Positions 21,231 through 31,300 of a stretch of DNA of 63,142 nt are shown here, in pieces (position 1 is the stretch's first letter; each line of letters begins with the position of its first letter). This DNA is from an uncultured Candidatus Saccharibacteria bacterium (GTDB taxonomy: Bacteria; Patescibacteriota; Minisyncoccia; Phycocordibacterales; CAIZLB01): the NCBI GenBank assembly GCA_964520545.1, contig CAZFOD010000006.1, forward strand, positions 1 to 63,142. The letters are read 5' to 3'. A program made the translations under genes and the position numbers. The notes under the pieces are model-generated. The model saw only the letters and a list, made by a program, of their open reading frames with translations. It was not told the DNA's origin and searched no databases.

Positions 21231-21303
21231 AGGGCCTAGGAGGACTCGAACCTCCAACCAGTGCTTTTGAAAGCATCGCTCTAACCAATTGAGCTATAGG
21301 CCC
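21231..21303 (-). tRNA. tRNA-like gene with a non-canonical (16-nt) anticodon arm; identity undetermined
   Basis: 73 nt with acceptor GGGCCTA/TAGGCCC and discriminator T. D-arm GCTC AATTGGTTA GAGC, T-arm GGAGG TTCGAGT CCTCC and a 5-nt variable loop. The anticodon arm ATGCT-TTCAAA-AGCAC is one nt short of the canonical 5+7+5. Confidence 0.8.
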
Positions 21304-21916
21304 GTTTTAACGGAAGAACAAAATTGAAGATCTAGTTTTATCATCCACCACAGGCTTTGCCGAGGTGATTTGCGACGAGCGTTCTTCCACAGGGAAGACC
21401 AGTTCCGAATCCGCAGAAGACTCGCCAACGTGTGATTTGTCAGCGTACTCGTTCGCAAGAGCGAAAGAATCCCCGATGTGGATCCCGCGGTGGATGATGA
21501 AACTATACCCTCTTTTCAATTCTCAATATGGTCTTTTCTTCTCAAGTACCAAAAAACAATAAATAAATGACTGTGTGTCTGCGCAGGATTAAAATCCTAA
21601 CGCGGACGTGTGATCTTTATATTTCCTAATAGGAATCGGCGCATTAGTACACCTCGACTGAACACATTACTGTGCTTACATCTAGTGCCTATCAACGTGA
21701 TAATCTCTCACGGGCCTATAACGATACCTAATCTTGAAGCTGGCTTCGCTCTTAGATGCTTTCAGAGCTTATCCATTCCCGACATAGCTACCCTGCAATG
21801 CCACGGGCGTGACAACAGGTACACCAGAGGTCAGTTCACCCCGGTCCTCTCGTACTAAGGGCAAATCTTCTCAAGTATCAACGCCTACAGTAGATAGGAG
21901 ACCAACCTGTCTCACG

Positions 21917-22303
21917 CATGTTTTCACACATTCCTGTGTGCATTGGACTATATCTTCATTCTTTTCAGAACTCAATCAAAGTATAAATGGAACTCATACT
22001 TTAACTGAAGTCTAAAAGTCGAATGGTTTACGTGTAGTCTCTACGGGTACCTTTCACTCTCGAAAGAGTTTGGGCTTCCCTCGGTATTATCCTCGCAAAC
22101 TGTTTAGTTGTCAGTTTCCGTTGGGATTCTACCGAAATCAGTAAACTAAGTCATCGTATATTTCTATACGCGACCGCCGTGATGTTGACCCATTATTGGG
22201 TCAATAAGTTGTCATAACAGTGTTCATGTTTCTCACATGTTTTTAAGCCTCGAGGATTCAGACGGTTCAATGATCAAATTACTTGCGTAAATATAATCTC
22301 TGA
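21917..22303 (-). mobile_element. ORF-less intron-like insertion (probable group I intron) in 23S domain V
   Basis: The universally conserved string ...GGGTTCAGACCGT|CGTGAGACAGGTTGG (E. coli ...GGGUUUAGAACGUCGUGAGACAGUUCGG) is interrupted by 387 nt. The 5' exon ends in U and the insert ends in G. The insert contains GNRA-capped hairpins and a GUCUGAA segment complementary to the 5' exon end. Confidence 0.65.
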
Positions 22304-22330
22304 ACGGTCTGAACCCAGCTCGCGTAACTT

Positions 22331-22363
<33 letters not shown>

Positions 22364-22966
22364 TCTCCAGCCCCAGGATAAGTTGAGCCGACATCGAGGT
22401 GCCGAACTGTATCGTCGATATGGACTCTTAGATACAACCAGCCTGTTATCCCCAGAGTAGCTTTTGTCAGATAATCTTCCGCCGCGTCTAACGCGAACGG
22501 TCGGTTCACTATGTTCTGCTTTCGCATCTGCTCGACACTGACGTCTTACAGTTAAGCCAGCTTATGCCATTGCACTATCGGCACGGTTTCCATTCGCGCC
22601 TAGCTGACCTTAATAAACTCCTCCGTTACTTTTTGGGAGGATAGCGCCCCACTAAAACTGCCCATCAGATACTGTCTCTCGCGGTTTTTTCCCTCGAGGT
22701 TAGAATGTATATTTTTACAGATTGGTATTTCACTGACGAGTCCATCCCGACCGAAACCGGAATCTCAACCTCTCCCAACTATGCTACGCAGTAAAAACAT
22801 ACACCCAATATCAAATTGCAGTGAAGCTTCTGGGGTCTTTTCGTCTAGCTGCAGGTAAGCGGCATCTTCACCGCTATTGCATTTTCACCGAGCGAGTCTC
22901 CGAGACAGTTCCCCAGTCATTACACCATTCGTGCGCGTCAGAACTTACCTGACAAGGAATTTCGCT

Positions 22967-23188
22967 CTTCTATTCCTCAAAGAAGGACTCTATCTTAATC
23001 CACTCTTGCGAGTTGGGATCATGGTAGTTGGTACTCTTTTTAAACCATTTTGGACCATCAATGCATTACGGCATTGGAGGTAGCTTCCTCATGGGTGTAA
23101 TTTAAACTGTGCTGTTCATCTGATTACTTTTTCAAAAACACTACTGTAACAGTCCTAGTCCTTCAGCATTCATTTGCATGAATGCTGA
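22967..23188 (-). mobile_element. ORF-less intron-like insertion (probable small group I intron) in 23S domain IV
   Basis: The conserved string CGGTCCTAAGGT|AGCGAAATTCCTTGTC is interrupted by 222 nt. The 5' exon ends in U and the insert ends in G. The insert begins with a perfect 11-bp hairpin capped by GCAA. Confidence 0.6.
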
Positions 23189-23223
<35 letters not shown>

Positions 23224-24639
23224 CAGGGCTTACAACAGTCAGCCACATATTGCTATGCTACCGCCGTCGTTTGACCTTCTGGCATTGGTCAGGTGTCACC
23301 CCCTATACATCGTCTTGCGACTTCGCAGGGAGCTGTGTTTTTGGTAAACAGTTGCCAGGGATACTTTTGTTGCAGCCCTCATTGCTGAGGGCGAGCCTTA
23401 TTCCGAAGTTACGGCTGCTTTTTTGCCGAGTTCCTTGGAGACCTCTCACTCGTTCGTCTTGGTCTACTCGACCTGATCACCTGTGTCGGTTTGCGGTACG
23501 GTTTTCGCGTATATAAGTTTAGAAGATTTTCTCGGAAGCGTGCTTTGTAGAATTATCAGGGAACGAATCCCCTGCGTCTCCACTCACCTTGCAAGTACCA
23601 TTAAAGGTAGTTCCCGGATTTTCCTGGAAACCTCACTCAGCGCATGGACAGAAATCCAATAATCCGCTCTACATACTACCCTTCGTCCCTTCATCACTAT
23701 ACGCAAAAGTCATGGAATATTAACCATGTGTCCATCAGGTACGGTTCTCACCATCCCCTTAGGCCCGACTAACCCTTGGATGACAATCATTGCCAAGGAA
23801 ACCTTGATCTTTCGACGTCGAAGTTTTTCACTTCGATTGTGGTTACTTGTGCCAACATTCTTACTTCTTGACGCTCCAGCATGGGTCACCCCTTTGCCTT
23901 CATCGCGGACAAGAACACTCTCCTACCGCGTGAAATGTCCGAAGACAAATCACACCCTCAGTTTCGGTACTATGTTTTAACCCCGTTTATTTGCGGCGCG
24001 AAATCTCTCGATGAGTGAGCTGTTACGCTATCTTTCAAGGATTGCTGCTTCTAAGCAAACCTCCTCATTGTCTCAGAAACTTCACCACCTTAAGTGTACT
24101 TAACATAGATTTAGGGACCTTAAATTGAGATCAGGGCTGTTTCCCTTTTGTCTAGTGGAGCTTAGCCCCCACAGACTAACTGCCATGTTCTTGACCTCCA
24201 GTATTCGGAGTTTGATAGGACTCGCGAGATTTCTCCCTGTCGAGTCCTTCCAGTGCTCTACCCCTGGAGGGAACACATGACGCTAACCCAAAAGCTATTT
24301 CGGAGAGAACCAGCTATTACCAGGCTCGATTAGCTTTTCACTTCGACCCACATGTCATCCGAATGCGTTGTACGACAAACCGGTTCGGTCCTCCATCTGT
24401 CTTTCGACAAACTTCAACCTGCACATGGGTAGCTCGCTCTGGCTTCGGGTCTAATGAATACTACGTACGCACTATTAATACTCGGTTTCCCTATGGCTCC
24501 ATCCTCGCGGACTTAGCCGAGCAGTATTCATTAACTCGTTGGCTCATTCTTCAATAGGCACGCCGTGACGGATCGCATAAATGCGTCCGCGCCGACTCCT
24601 TGTAGGCGTATGGTTTCAGATCTATTTCACTCCCCTCTC

Positions 24640-24682
<43 letters not shown>

Positions 24683-25511
24683 ATCATAAAATGTATTTAG
24701 CCTTGCCGGTTAGTTCCGGCGGATTCCTCCGAGCCATTCGTGTCTCGAAGTACTCAAGAATGACAGTAAGAGATATTTCGTTTTCACATACAGGGCTATT
24801 ACCTTCTTGGGCCGTGCTTCCCAGCACGTTCTGTTAACGAAACATTTTGTAACTCTTTGAATAATAAATTATTCTACTGTCACCTTACAACCCCGAGCTA
24901 CCCAATGGAGTGCAGCATTGCTGCTACCTTCCATTGGAAAGCTCGGTTTGGGCTCATTCGTTTTCGCTCGCCGCTACTTACGAAATGTTTCTCTTGCGAG
25001 ATTGTTTTCTTTTCCACCAGGTACTGAAATGTTTTACTTCCCTGGGTGCGCATCTTAGTTAAGACTAAGATTACAGATCAAGTCTGTAGGGTTTCCCCAT
25101 TCGGAAATCTTCGGATCAAAGGTTACTAGGCACCTCCCCGAAGCATATCGCCGCCATGTCGCGTCCTTCATCGCCATTTTATGTCTAGGCATCCACCATA
25201 CGCCCTTATATTTCCTATTAGGAAATATAAAGACCACAATCATTTTTCTATTGCTTTCCTACCTGCCCACCGCGTCATCTTGAGAAATGACATTGCGGTG
25301 GTTGTCATGCAGACAATCGGCCAGCTTGAAGATTGCTCTTCTTACCTACCGACCATCACCACATGACATCTGCCCTCGGTGTTGAAAAGACCAAATGAGC
25401 AATCTAGGTAACTGCTTGCGCAATCATTCTAGATCGTTCATACCGGGGCAGAATTAAATTATCAAATTGCAGTCGTTCGGTATTCGTCTTATGAAAGTGG
25501 CTTTCTCTAAC

Positions 25512-25541
25512 GAGAAGACCGCTCTTTCGAGCGGTCTTCTC
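25512..25541 (-). other. perfect 13-bp GAAA-capped hairpin in the 23S leader transcript
   Basis: Reads GAGAAGACCGCTC GAAA GAGCGGTCTTCTC. It lies between the predicted promoter and the 23S 5' end and has no U-tract, so it is not a terminator. Confidence 0.5.
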
Positions 25542-25609
25542 AAATACCCCTTTGTCAGGGCTATTAGAGTTCCGCTTTAAGACGAGTCAACATATTTGTC
25601 GTAGTGGTC

Positions 25610-25637
25610 ATTATACAGACAGCGAGAGGGTTGTCAA
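25610..25637 (-). promoter_or_regulatory. consensus sigma70-type promoter for the 23S-tRNA-5S unit
   Basis: Minus strand reads TTGACA - 16 nt - TATAAT. It starts immediately after the upstream gene's terminator, about 390 nt upstream of the 23S 5' end. Confidence 0.6.
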
Positions 25638-25645
25638 CAACAAAA

Positions 25646-25676
25646 GGCGGCCTCAGATATCGCTATCGAGACCGCC
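25646..25676 (-). terminator. rho-independent terminator of gene 25710..26435
   Basis: Minus strand reads GGCGGTCTC ... GAGGCCGCC (9 bp including one G-U) followed by TTTTGTTGTTG. Confidence 0.55.
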
Positions 25677-25709
25677 CCCTGTTTACCTATTTAAGGCTAT
25701 AAATAAAGA

Positions 25710-26435
25710 CTATCGACGAGTGTAGACCTCCTCTTCAGCCTTCTGAATAAGGCGGGCTGCAGCGTCACGTCCACCGAGTCCGAATGCAAGACCGAAAGCG
25801 AGGGCAAAAGCCACTACAATTCCCATGAGAACTGTCTGGAAGAATGCAGGAGCAATGTCGAGCTGAAGGAACGCAGCGAATACTGCGAATACAATAATCG
25901 CAGCTTTTGAGATTGTTCCAAGAGCTTTAGCTGAACGAATGTTTGCAGCTCCAGCGCTTGCTGTAACTACATGCTTTACCGCATCAGCAATAACAATCGA
26001 CACCACGAGGATGAGGATAGCTACAATGACACGCGGCAAGTAATTAACGATAACAGCCTGAAGGAACAATGTAACAGGTTCAAGTCCTAGAACTTGAAGT
26101 GCAGCAAGGAAGAACACAGCGATGATAAACCATTTTACCAAGCCGCCAATAAAGGCACCTGAGTTCAATTTAACTCCACCTCTTTGTAGTGCATTTTCGA
26201 CGCCAGCCTGTCGAAGTGCTGCATCGATCTTAGCTGTCTTGAAAAGCTTTTCTACAAGTGAATCTGCCAACGATCCAACAACCCAACCAATTGCGAAGAT
26301 AACAAGCGCAACGAGAAGCGCAACGCCTAACTGAATAACTCCTGGCCAAAGCGTAAGGAATGAATCACCGATTGCCTGACCCCAAGTGTTAAAAATCATA
26401 TCGAATATTAAGGTTATAACTGGCAAGGGCGACAT
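25710..26435 (-). CDS. multi-pass membrane protein (241 aa), function unknown
   Basis: Repeated hydrophobic helices with short amphipathic linkers. It is the only gene in the window with a strong GGAGGTG motif upstream of the ATG. Confidence 0.65.
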   Translation of the reverse strand: MSPLPVITLIFDMIFNTWGQAIGDSFLTLWPGVIQLGVALLVALVIFAIGWVVGSLADSLVEKLFKTAKIDAALRQAGVENALQRGGVKLNSGAFIGGLVKWFIIAVFFLAALQVLGLEPVTLFLQAVIVNYLPRVIVAILILVVSIVIADAVKHVVTASAGAANIRSAKALGTISKAAIIVFAVFAAFLQLDIAPAFFQTVLMGIVVAFALAFGLAFGLGGRDAAARLIQKAEEEVYTRR

Positions 26436-26461
26436 CCCTCACCTCCCCTTAATTATATCAC

Positions 26462-27040
26462 TTAGAATAAGTTAAGGCGGTCCAAAGCGACCTCATGTGG
26501 ATAGTCCAAAACATCCCGCACAAGTCTATCTCCAACGCTCAAACGATACTTAAAATCCTCTGACTCTAATACTGCATAACGAATCTCCTTACCTATCTCA
26601 GCTTCAATTGTCGACATGACAGATTCAACTGTTCCCTTCTTTGCCTTATCTGTAACCACAAGCATATCAAGTCTTTCCTCATCCCATTGTTCCTTAAAAA
26701 GACCAGAGAGAATAAGAAGCTTAGGGCGTCCAAACTTTGAAAGCCTCTTTATAATAGTATGCGGAGTAATTAAACTAGTCTGCAAAAGAAGACGTTGGAA
26801 CTCTCCCAAATAAGGAAAATTGTCATTAAGGTGCCAAACACTACGCCCTCTCGGACCAGCGCGCTTCTTAGCAAGTCCCACCTTCACAAGGAAGTTCAAC
26901 TCACGTCTCATCCGTGCCACATCTACTTTTGCTCTTGTTGATATTTCTTCAGAATTAAAAGCTGACTTTGGGTTAAATAAAAAAAGACGCATCAGCTTTA
27001 CGCGCGCAGCTCCTCCAAATATCTTTTCGAGTGTATCCAT
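26462..27040 (-). CDS. winged-helix (ArsR-like) DNA-binding protein with an uncharacterised C-terminal domain
   Basis: The N-terminal ARVKLMRLFLFNP...FNSEEISTRAKVDVARMRRELNFLVKVGLAKKR reads as an HTH plus wing. Confidence 0.65.
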   Translation of the reverse strand: MDTLEKIFGGAARVKLMRLFLFNPKSAFNSEEISTRAKVDVARMRRELNFLVKVGLAKKRAGPRGRSVWHLNDNFPYLGEFQRLLLQTSLITPHTIIKRLSKFGRPKLLILSGLFKEQWDEERLDMLVVTDKAKKGTVESVMSTIEAEIGKEIRYAVLESEDFKYRLSVGDRLVRDVLDYPHEVALDRLNLF

Positions 27041-27119
27041 ACATTTAATGTACCATTTTTAAGCTCTCCTCACAAAGTGAGATTGCGGGGAAAAAGTCCT
27101 AAATATCCCCAATAAAAAA

Positions 27120-27157
27120 ACACCAACCTCTTGGTCTCGAAAGACCGCAATTGGTGT
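27120..27157 (-). terminator. rho-independent terminator after rplL
   Basis: Nested hairpin ACACCAA..GGTCT TTCG AGACC..TTGGTGT followed by TTTTTTT on the minus strand. Confidence 0.65.
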
Positions 27158-27169
27158 TTTTTTATAAGC

Positions 27170-27571
27170 TTACTTAAGCTCTACCTTTCCACCAGCAGTT
27201 TCAACTGCTGCCTTCAAAGCGTCAGCGTCTTCCTTCTTCATTCCTTCCTTGATAACTGAAGGGGCTGCATCAACGAGATCCTTAGCTTCCTTAAGACCGA
27301 GGCCGAGGACTTCTTTTACAACCTTGATGATAGCGATCTTGTTCGCTCCAGCATCTGTAAGGTGGACGTTAAAGCTTGTCTTTTCTTCAGCGGCAGGACC
27401 AGCGGCAGGACCAGCTACTGCAACAGCAGCAGCTGATACTCCGAATTTCTTTTCAAGAAACTTCACGAGCTCGTGGAGTTCAATAACTGTCATCTTCTCA
27501 ATAGACTCTACGAGAGCCTTGAAATGTGAAGGTGTTTCGACAACTTCTGTTGTCTGTGTTTCGTCTGTCAT
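27170..27571 (-). CDS. rplL: 50S ribosomal protein L7/L12
   Basis: Ala-rich hinge ([18 protein letters not shown]) and a C-terminal domain ([24 protein letters not shown]...GGKVELK). Confidence 0.95.
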   Translation of the reverse strand: MTDETQTTEVVETPSHFKALVESIEKMTVIELHELVKFLEKKFGVSAAAVAVAGPAAGPAAEEKTSFNVHLTDAGANKIAIIKVVKEVLGLGLKEAKDLVDAAPSVIKEGMKKEDADALKAAVETAGGKVELK

Positions 27572-27608
27572 AAATTTAATTAATTATTTTAAACCGATTA
27601 ATGTGTAA

Positions 27609-28097
27609 CTAGCCTTTCTTCTCTGCGATAGCATTGAGCGCCAATACCAATCCCTGAATAGGTGAATTGATGAGATTGACGAACTGAGCGTGGAGAGTCT
27701 TTTGTGAAGGAATAGAAGCGATTGAAATCATCTCTTCCATTGTCTTGTATGTTCCGTCGAAGATTCCACCGAGGACAGAAACACGTCCATCAAGCTTCTT
27801 CTGGAACTCATAGATCTCACGAGCAGGAGCGATGATGTCTGTTCCGTAGACAAGCGCTAGCTCGCCTTCAAGTACAGGCATGTCGCCTTTGTATGCTCCT
27901 TCGTTCAAAGCTCGCTTAGCGAGTGTCTTCTTTGCAACTAAGTAACCTAGATCTTTTGATCGAAGTTCCTTTCGAATGCTAGTAGTCTCAGAAACAGGAA
28001 GTTTGTGAAATTTCACAAACACTACTGTCTTTGCCTTTGAAAGAACATCCTTTACCGCAGATACAATCTCATTCTTTTTTGCTTTGTTAATAGCCAT
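27609..28097 (-). CDS. rplJ: 50S ribosomal protein L10
   Basis: 162 aa, directly upstream of rplL, with an L10-like N-terminal block (KKNEIVSAVKDVLSKAKTVVFVKFHKL). Confidence 0.93.
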   Translation of the reverse strand: MAINKAKKNEIVSAVKDVLSKAKTVVFVKFHKLPVSETTSIRKELRSKDLGYLVAKKTLAKRALNEGAYKGDMPVLEGELALVYGTDIIAPAREIYEFQKKLDGRVSVLGGIFDGTYKTMEEMISIASIPSQKTLHAQFVNLINSPIQGLVLALNAIAEKKG

Positions 28098-28099
28098 AG

Positions 28100-28300
28100 C
28101 AATTTGTATAAGTTCTGTTATTTTTTAGTTTCGACCGGGGCCTGAATGACGAAGTCCGCACTATATAGTGCGGACTTCAAAGGAGGGTTGAAATACAGCA
28201 GGCATTACTGCCAGTCCATATTCCGACCTCTGCGCAGGGCTTAATGGGTGCCTGCGGTCTTTGAAGCCTTACCGAGAGATTAACACAGACAATAGGTTCT
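28100..28300 (-). promoter_or_regulatory. possible structured L10 (rplJL) leader
   Basis: A 200-nt G+C-richer untranslated stretch upstream of rplJ contains several hairpins, e.g. GAAGTCCGCACTATATAGTGCGGACTTC. The assignment rests on position only. Confidence 0.3.
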
Positions 28301-28307
28301 GCCAAGC

Positions 28308-31300
28308 CTATTGAGACTCAGCTAGAATACCAACTTCTGAACTAAGCCTCTGGAATTGATAGAAAAGAATGGTGGTATCACGCACGACGGGCTCCACCAA
28401 TTTCCCCACCCTTAGATTCCTTTGTAAATGATTATATACCTTTAAAGCCTTTGATAGTCGCTCCACCTCAGAGGCGAGCTGCTTTGCAACCCTTTGAATA
28501 TTTCCCTTCTTCAAAAGAAGCGTCGCATCATCCAGTTTCTTAAGATATATTTCGCGAATAATTCGACTTTGTATCTTACTAGAGATTACACGTCGTGCGG
28601 AAGCAATGGATTCATTAATATTAGATTCTCTGGATTGTGTATCTGGAGAAATCTGTTCATCGATCTTGCCGTCGGCATTGTAATCAATCGTCATAACGCT
28701 CGACGAGGCTGGAATGAATTCAGCGGTCATACCTTCAATGGTTGGAACATTCGAATATTCAACATCCTTCAACTCAGTGTCTCCTTGAAACTCTGTTGCG
28801 TTAAACCTGAATGTTCCTGTATCTAACCCTTGAAGGACAATTTTACTTGGAAGTTCAGAGGTTATTACAGTCTTCGCTTCACCAAAGTTCACATACTGAC
28901 TGCCAGGTATTTCTTCAACGCTTACACCCACCTCATCCTCAGTCGCTTCTTTTAACAATCCTGTTCTGTTTCCATCAGAATCATATACCAATATGGAAAC
29001 GGGTGAATGTACAATGAACTCATATCGCTTCCAAGAGTTTGTTGACGTCGCTCGTTTACTTACAAAAGGTGGCAAGACTGTAAGATCTTTTTTCACAAGC
29101 AAGGATATCATCTGCTGAATTGATGATGCATTCAAGATGTTTGCATGTCGATAGTTTTTCTTATCCCACAAACTTAGCGATCGGAGATCCACTGAGTAAA
29201 CATTTCCACTTCTAACAACCGGGTCTCCTGCTAGGACAACACCGTCTCCGTCTCGAGAGGTTATCCTACTTCTCTCAAGCTCCGTCTTTTTTCCTTTCTT
29301 TCCATACTCGTAGGTAATCCCCTTTAAAGTTTCATTACCTACTCCCACCAGACTTGTCACTTCGAGTAGTCCACTGAGTGGTGTATTGAAAAGATCATCG
29401 ATACGCCCATGTATTTCTTCTGACTTCTTTAATAGTCCGGTATTTAAAACCGCGGGCTCATCAACTTTTGTGGATGATTTTCTGTCTCCACCAGAAGCCA
29501 TCAAGAAACTTGCCAATCCTTGCCTAGTCTTTAGTGCATTACCATATTTTATTGCCAAGTCAGAATCTGTAGGAAAAGTAACCACAGGGGAAGATAATGA
29601 ACCGAAAAACTTTTGAGCCGGAAGCAATTCATACGCTGACGGCATATTCATTCCTAAATTTCGAGCTGTAGATTTACTAAGAATTATGCCTCCTAAAATA
29701 CTTTGACTATCTCCATGGAGAAGATCTGCGACGGCCTGCGGAGTTCCAAACTCTGGAACCGCCACCATAATCAGCTGGTCAACTTTGTCCACCTTTCCAG
29801 CGGCTATCAAACTATTTACAAAGTTTTTTGCAACAAGTCCGCCATTGCTATGCGCCACAATAGAAACTTTCCCCGTCTTTGATTCTTTAACTAAACCATC
29901 AAACATCGACCCTAGAGACGTTGTCGCCCCTTTGTCTAAATATATTGTCTCATTTGCAATGTTTAGAGAGGAACGACGCCAGTCATATGGAAACGGTTTC
30001 CACGCAGTAATTACGCCGCTAGAAACTAGATTCTTTAGAAAATCAGTAAAGCCTCCATACACATCAAACTGGAACAGTGGACCTACGATATTTGTCTTCC
30101 CGACCACATCACGTGTATATATGTTTTTTTCTAAACTAATACCACTACTATCGAGAAAAAGCTTTTTAACATCGGCGTTCGTGTTTGGCTCCCATAGCTG
30201 ATTTTCTGATCTACTTTTTACATATAACCGGCTACCCTCTAAACCTGGGAGGAATAAGATACTGGAACAACATTTTTTCTTACTAGGCTTTTGCTTCAAC
30301 CATGGCGAAAAGACAACATCGTCTGTAACTGATTGCCCCTTTCCGGTAGCATTTGCCCTCTCGTTATACGGGCCCGTTTCACTCCCCCACCAATTCGTAA
30401 AAGCATTCACAGAACTACCATGTGCGATAATTCCTGCAGAAATATTCTTCTCCACACTGCTACTAGCTAAAAAGACGGAAGACCTGTAAGCCTCAATACC
30501 AATATCATTTCCCTCAAGAGAACTGTTCTTCACCGTCACATTCCCGTTGTCGTACGACAAAATGGCACCAGCTCCGCCTTCAGAGATTAAAACATCATCA
30601 AGCATTACTGATGCACCACTAAACACTTCTACCCCTGTAGCTGAAGAATGTTTAAACACAGTGTCAGAGATAGAGACACTGCTGTTCTCATTTACCCCCG
30701 AACTATCAAAAATACTGATTACGCTTTGATTCCCAGAATTGGTAAATATGTTTTGAGTTATCATCCCCTGAGAATTGTTGTAAACCTCCAGAACGTGAGG
30801 GGTTCTAATTCTTGAAAAAGAATTATCCACTAGAGATAGTGTACTGCTAGCATATGATGCGATGAGGGTCTTCCCTGACTCTACGTCTTCAAAATGTGAA
30901 TGGAGAACTTCGACGATTCCGCCGACAGACTCAATTACAGAATCTGTTCCAGATACATTAGCAAAATTCATATGAATCCCTCCCCCAAGAACATTTATCG
31001 CGGCGCCTAAATTACTCGAACCCACTAACTCAAGCCGAACGGGTTTTGAAGCGCTACCATTTATCTTCAAATTTCCATGTACCCTCATCTGCCCTCCAGT
31101 AAACTGTAATGTCGTCCCAGCTTCAATAGACAGTTCCTTCCCGGGAGGAATAATAATTTCATCTGATAACAGGTACGGACCAAGAGAAGCGGGAACTAAT
31201 GAATGTTCATCTATAAAAGATTGGGTTATTTCTGTCGAAGCAAGAGCACGCTGTACCGATCCAAACAAAATGAATGCAATAACTACAAAGATGATGGTGT

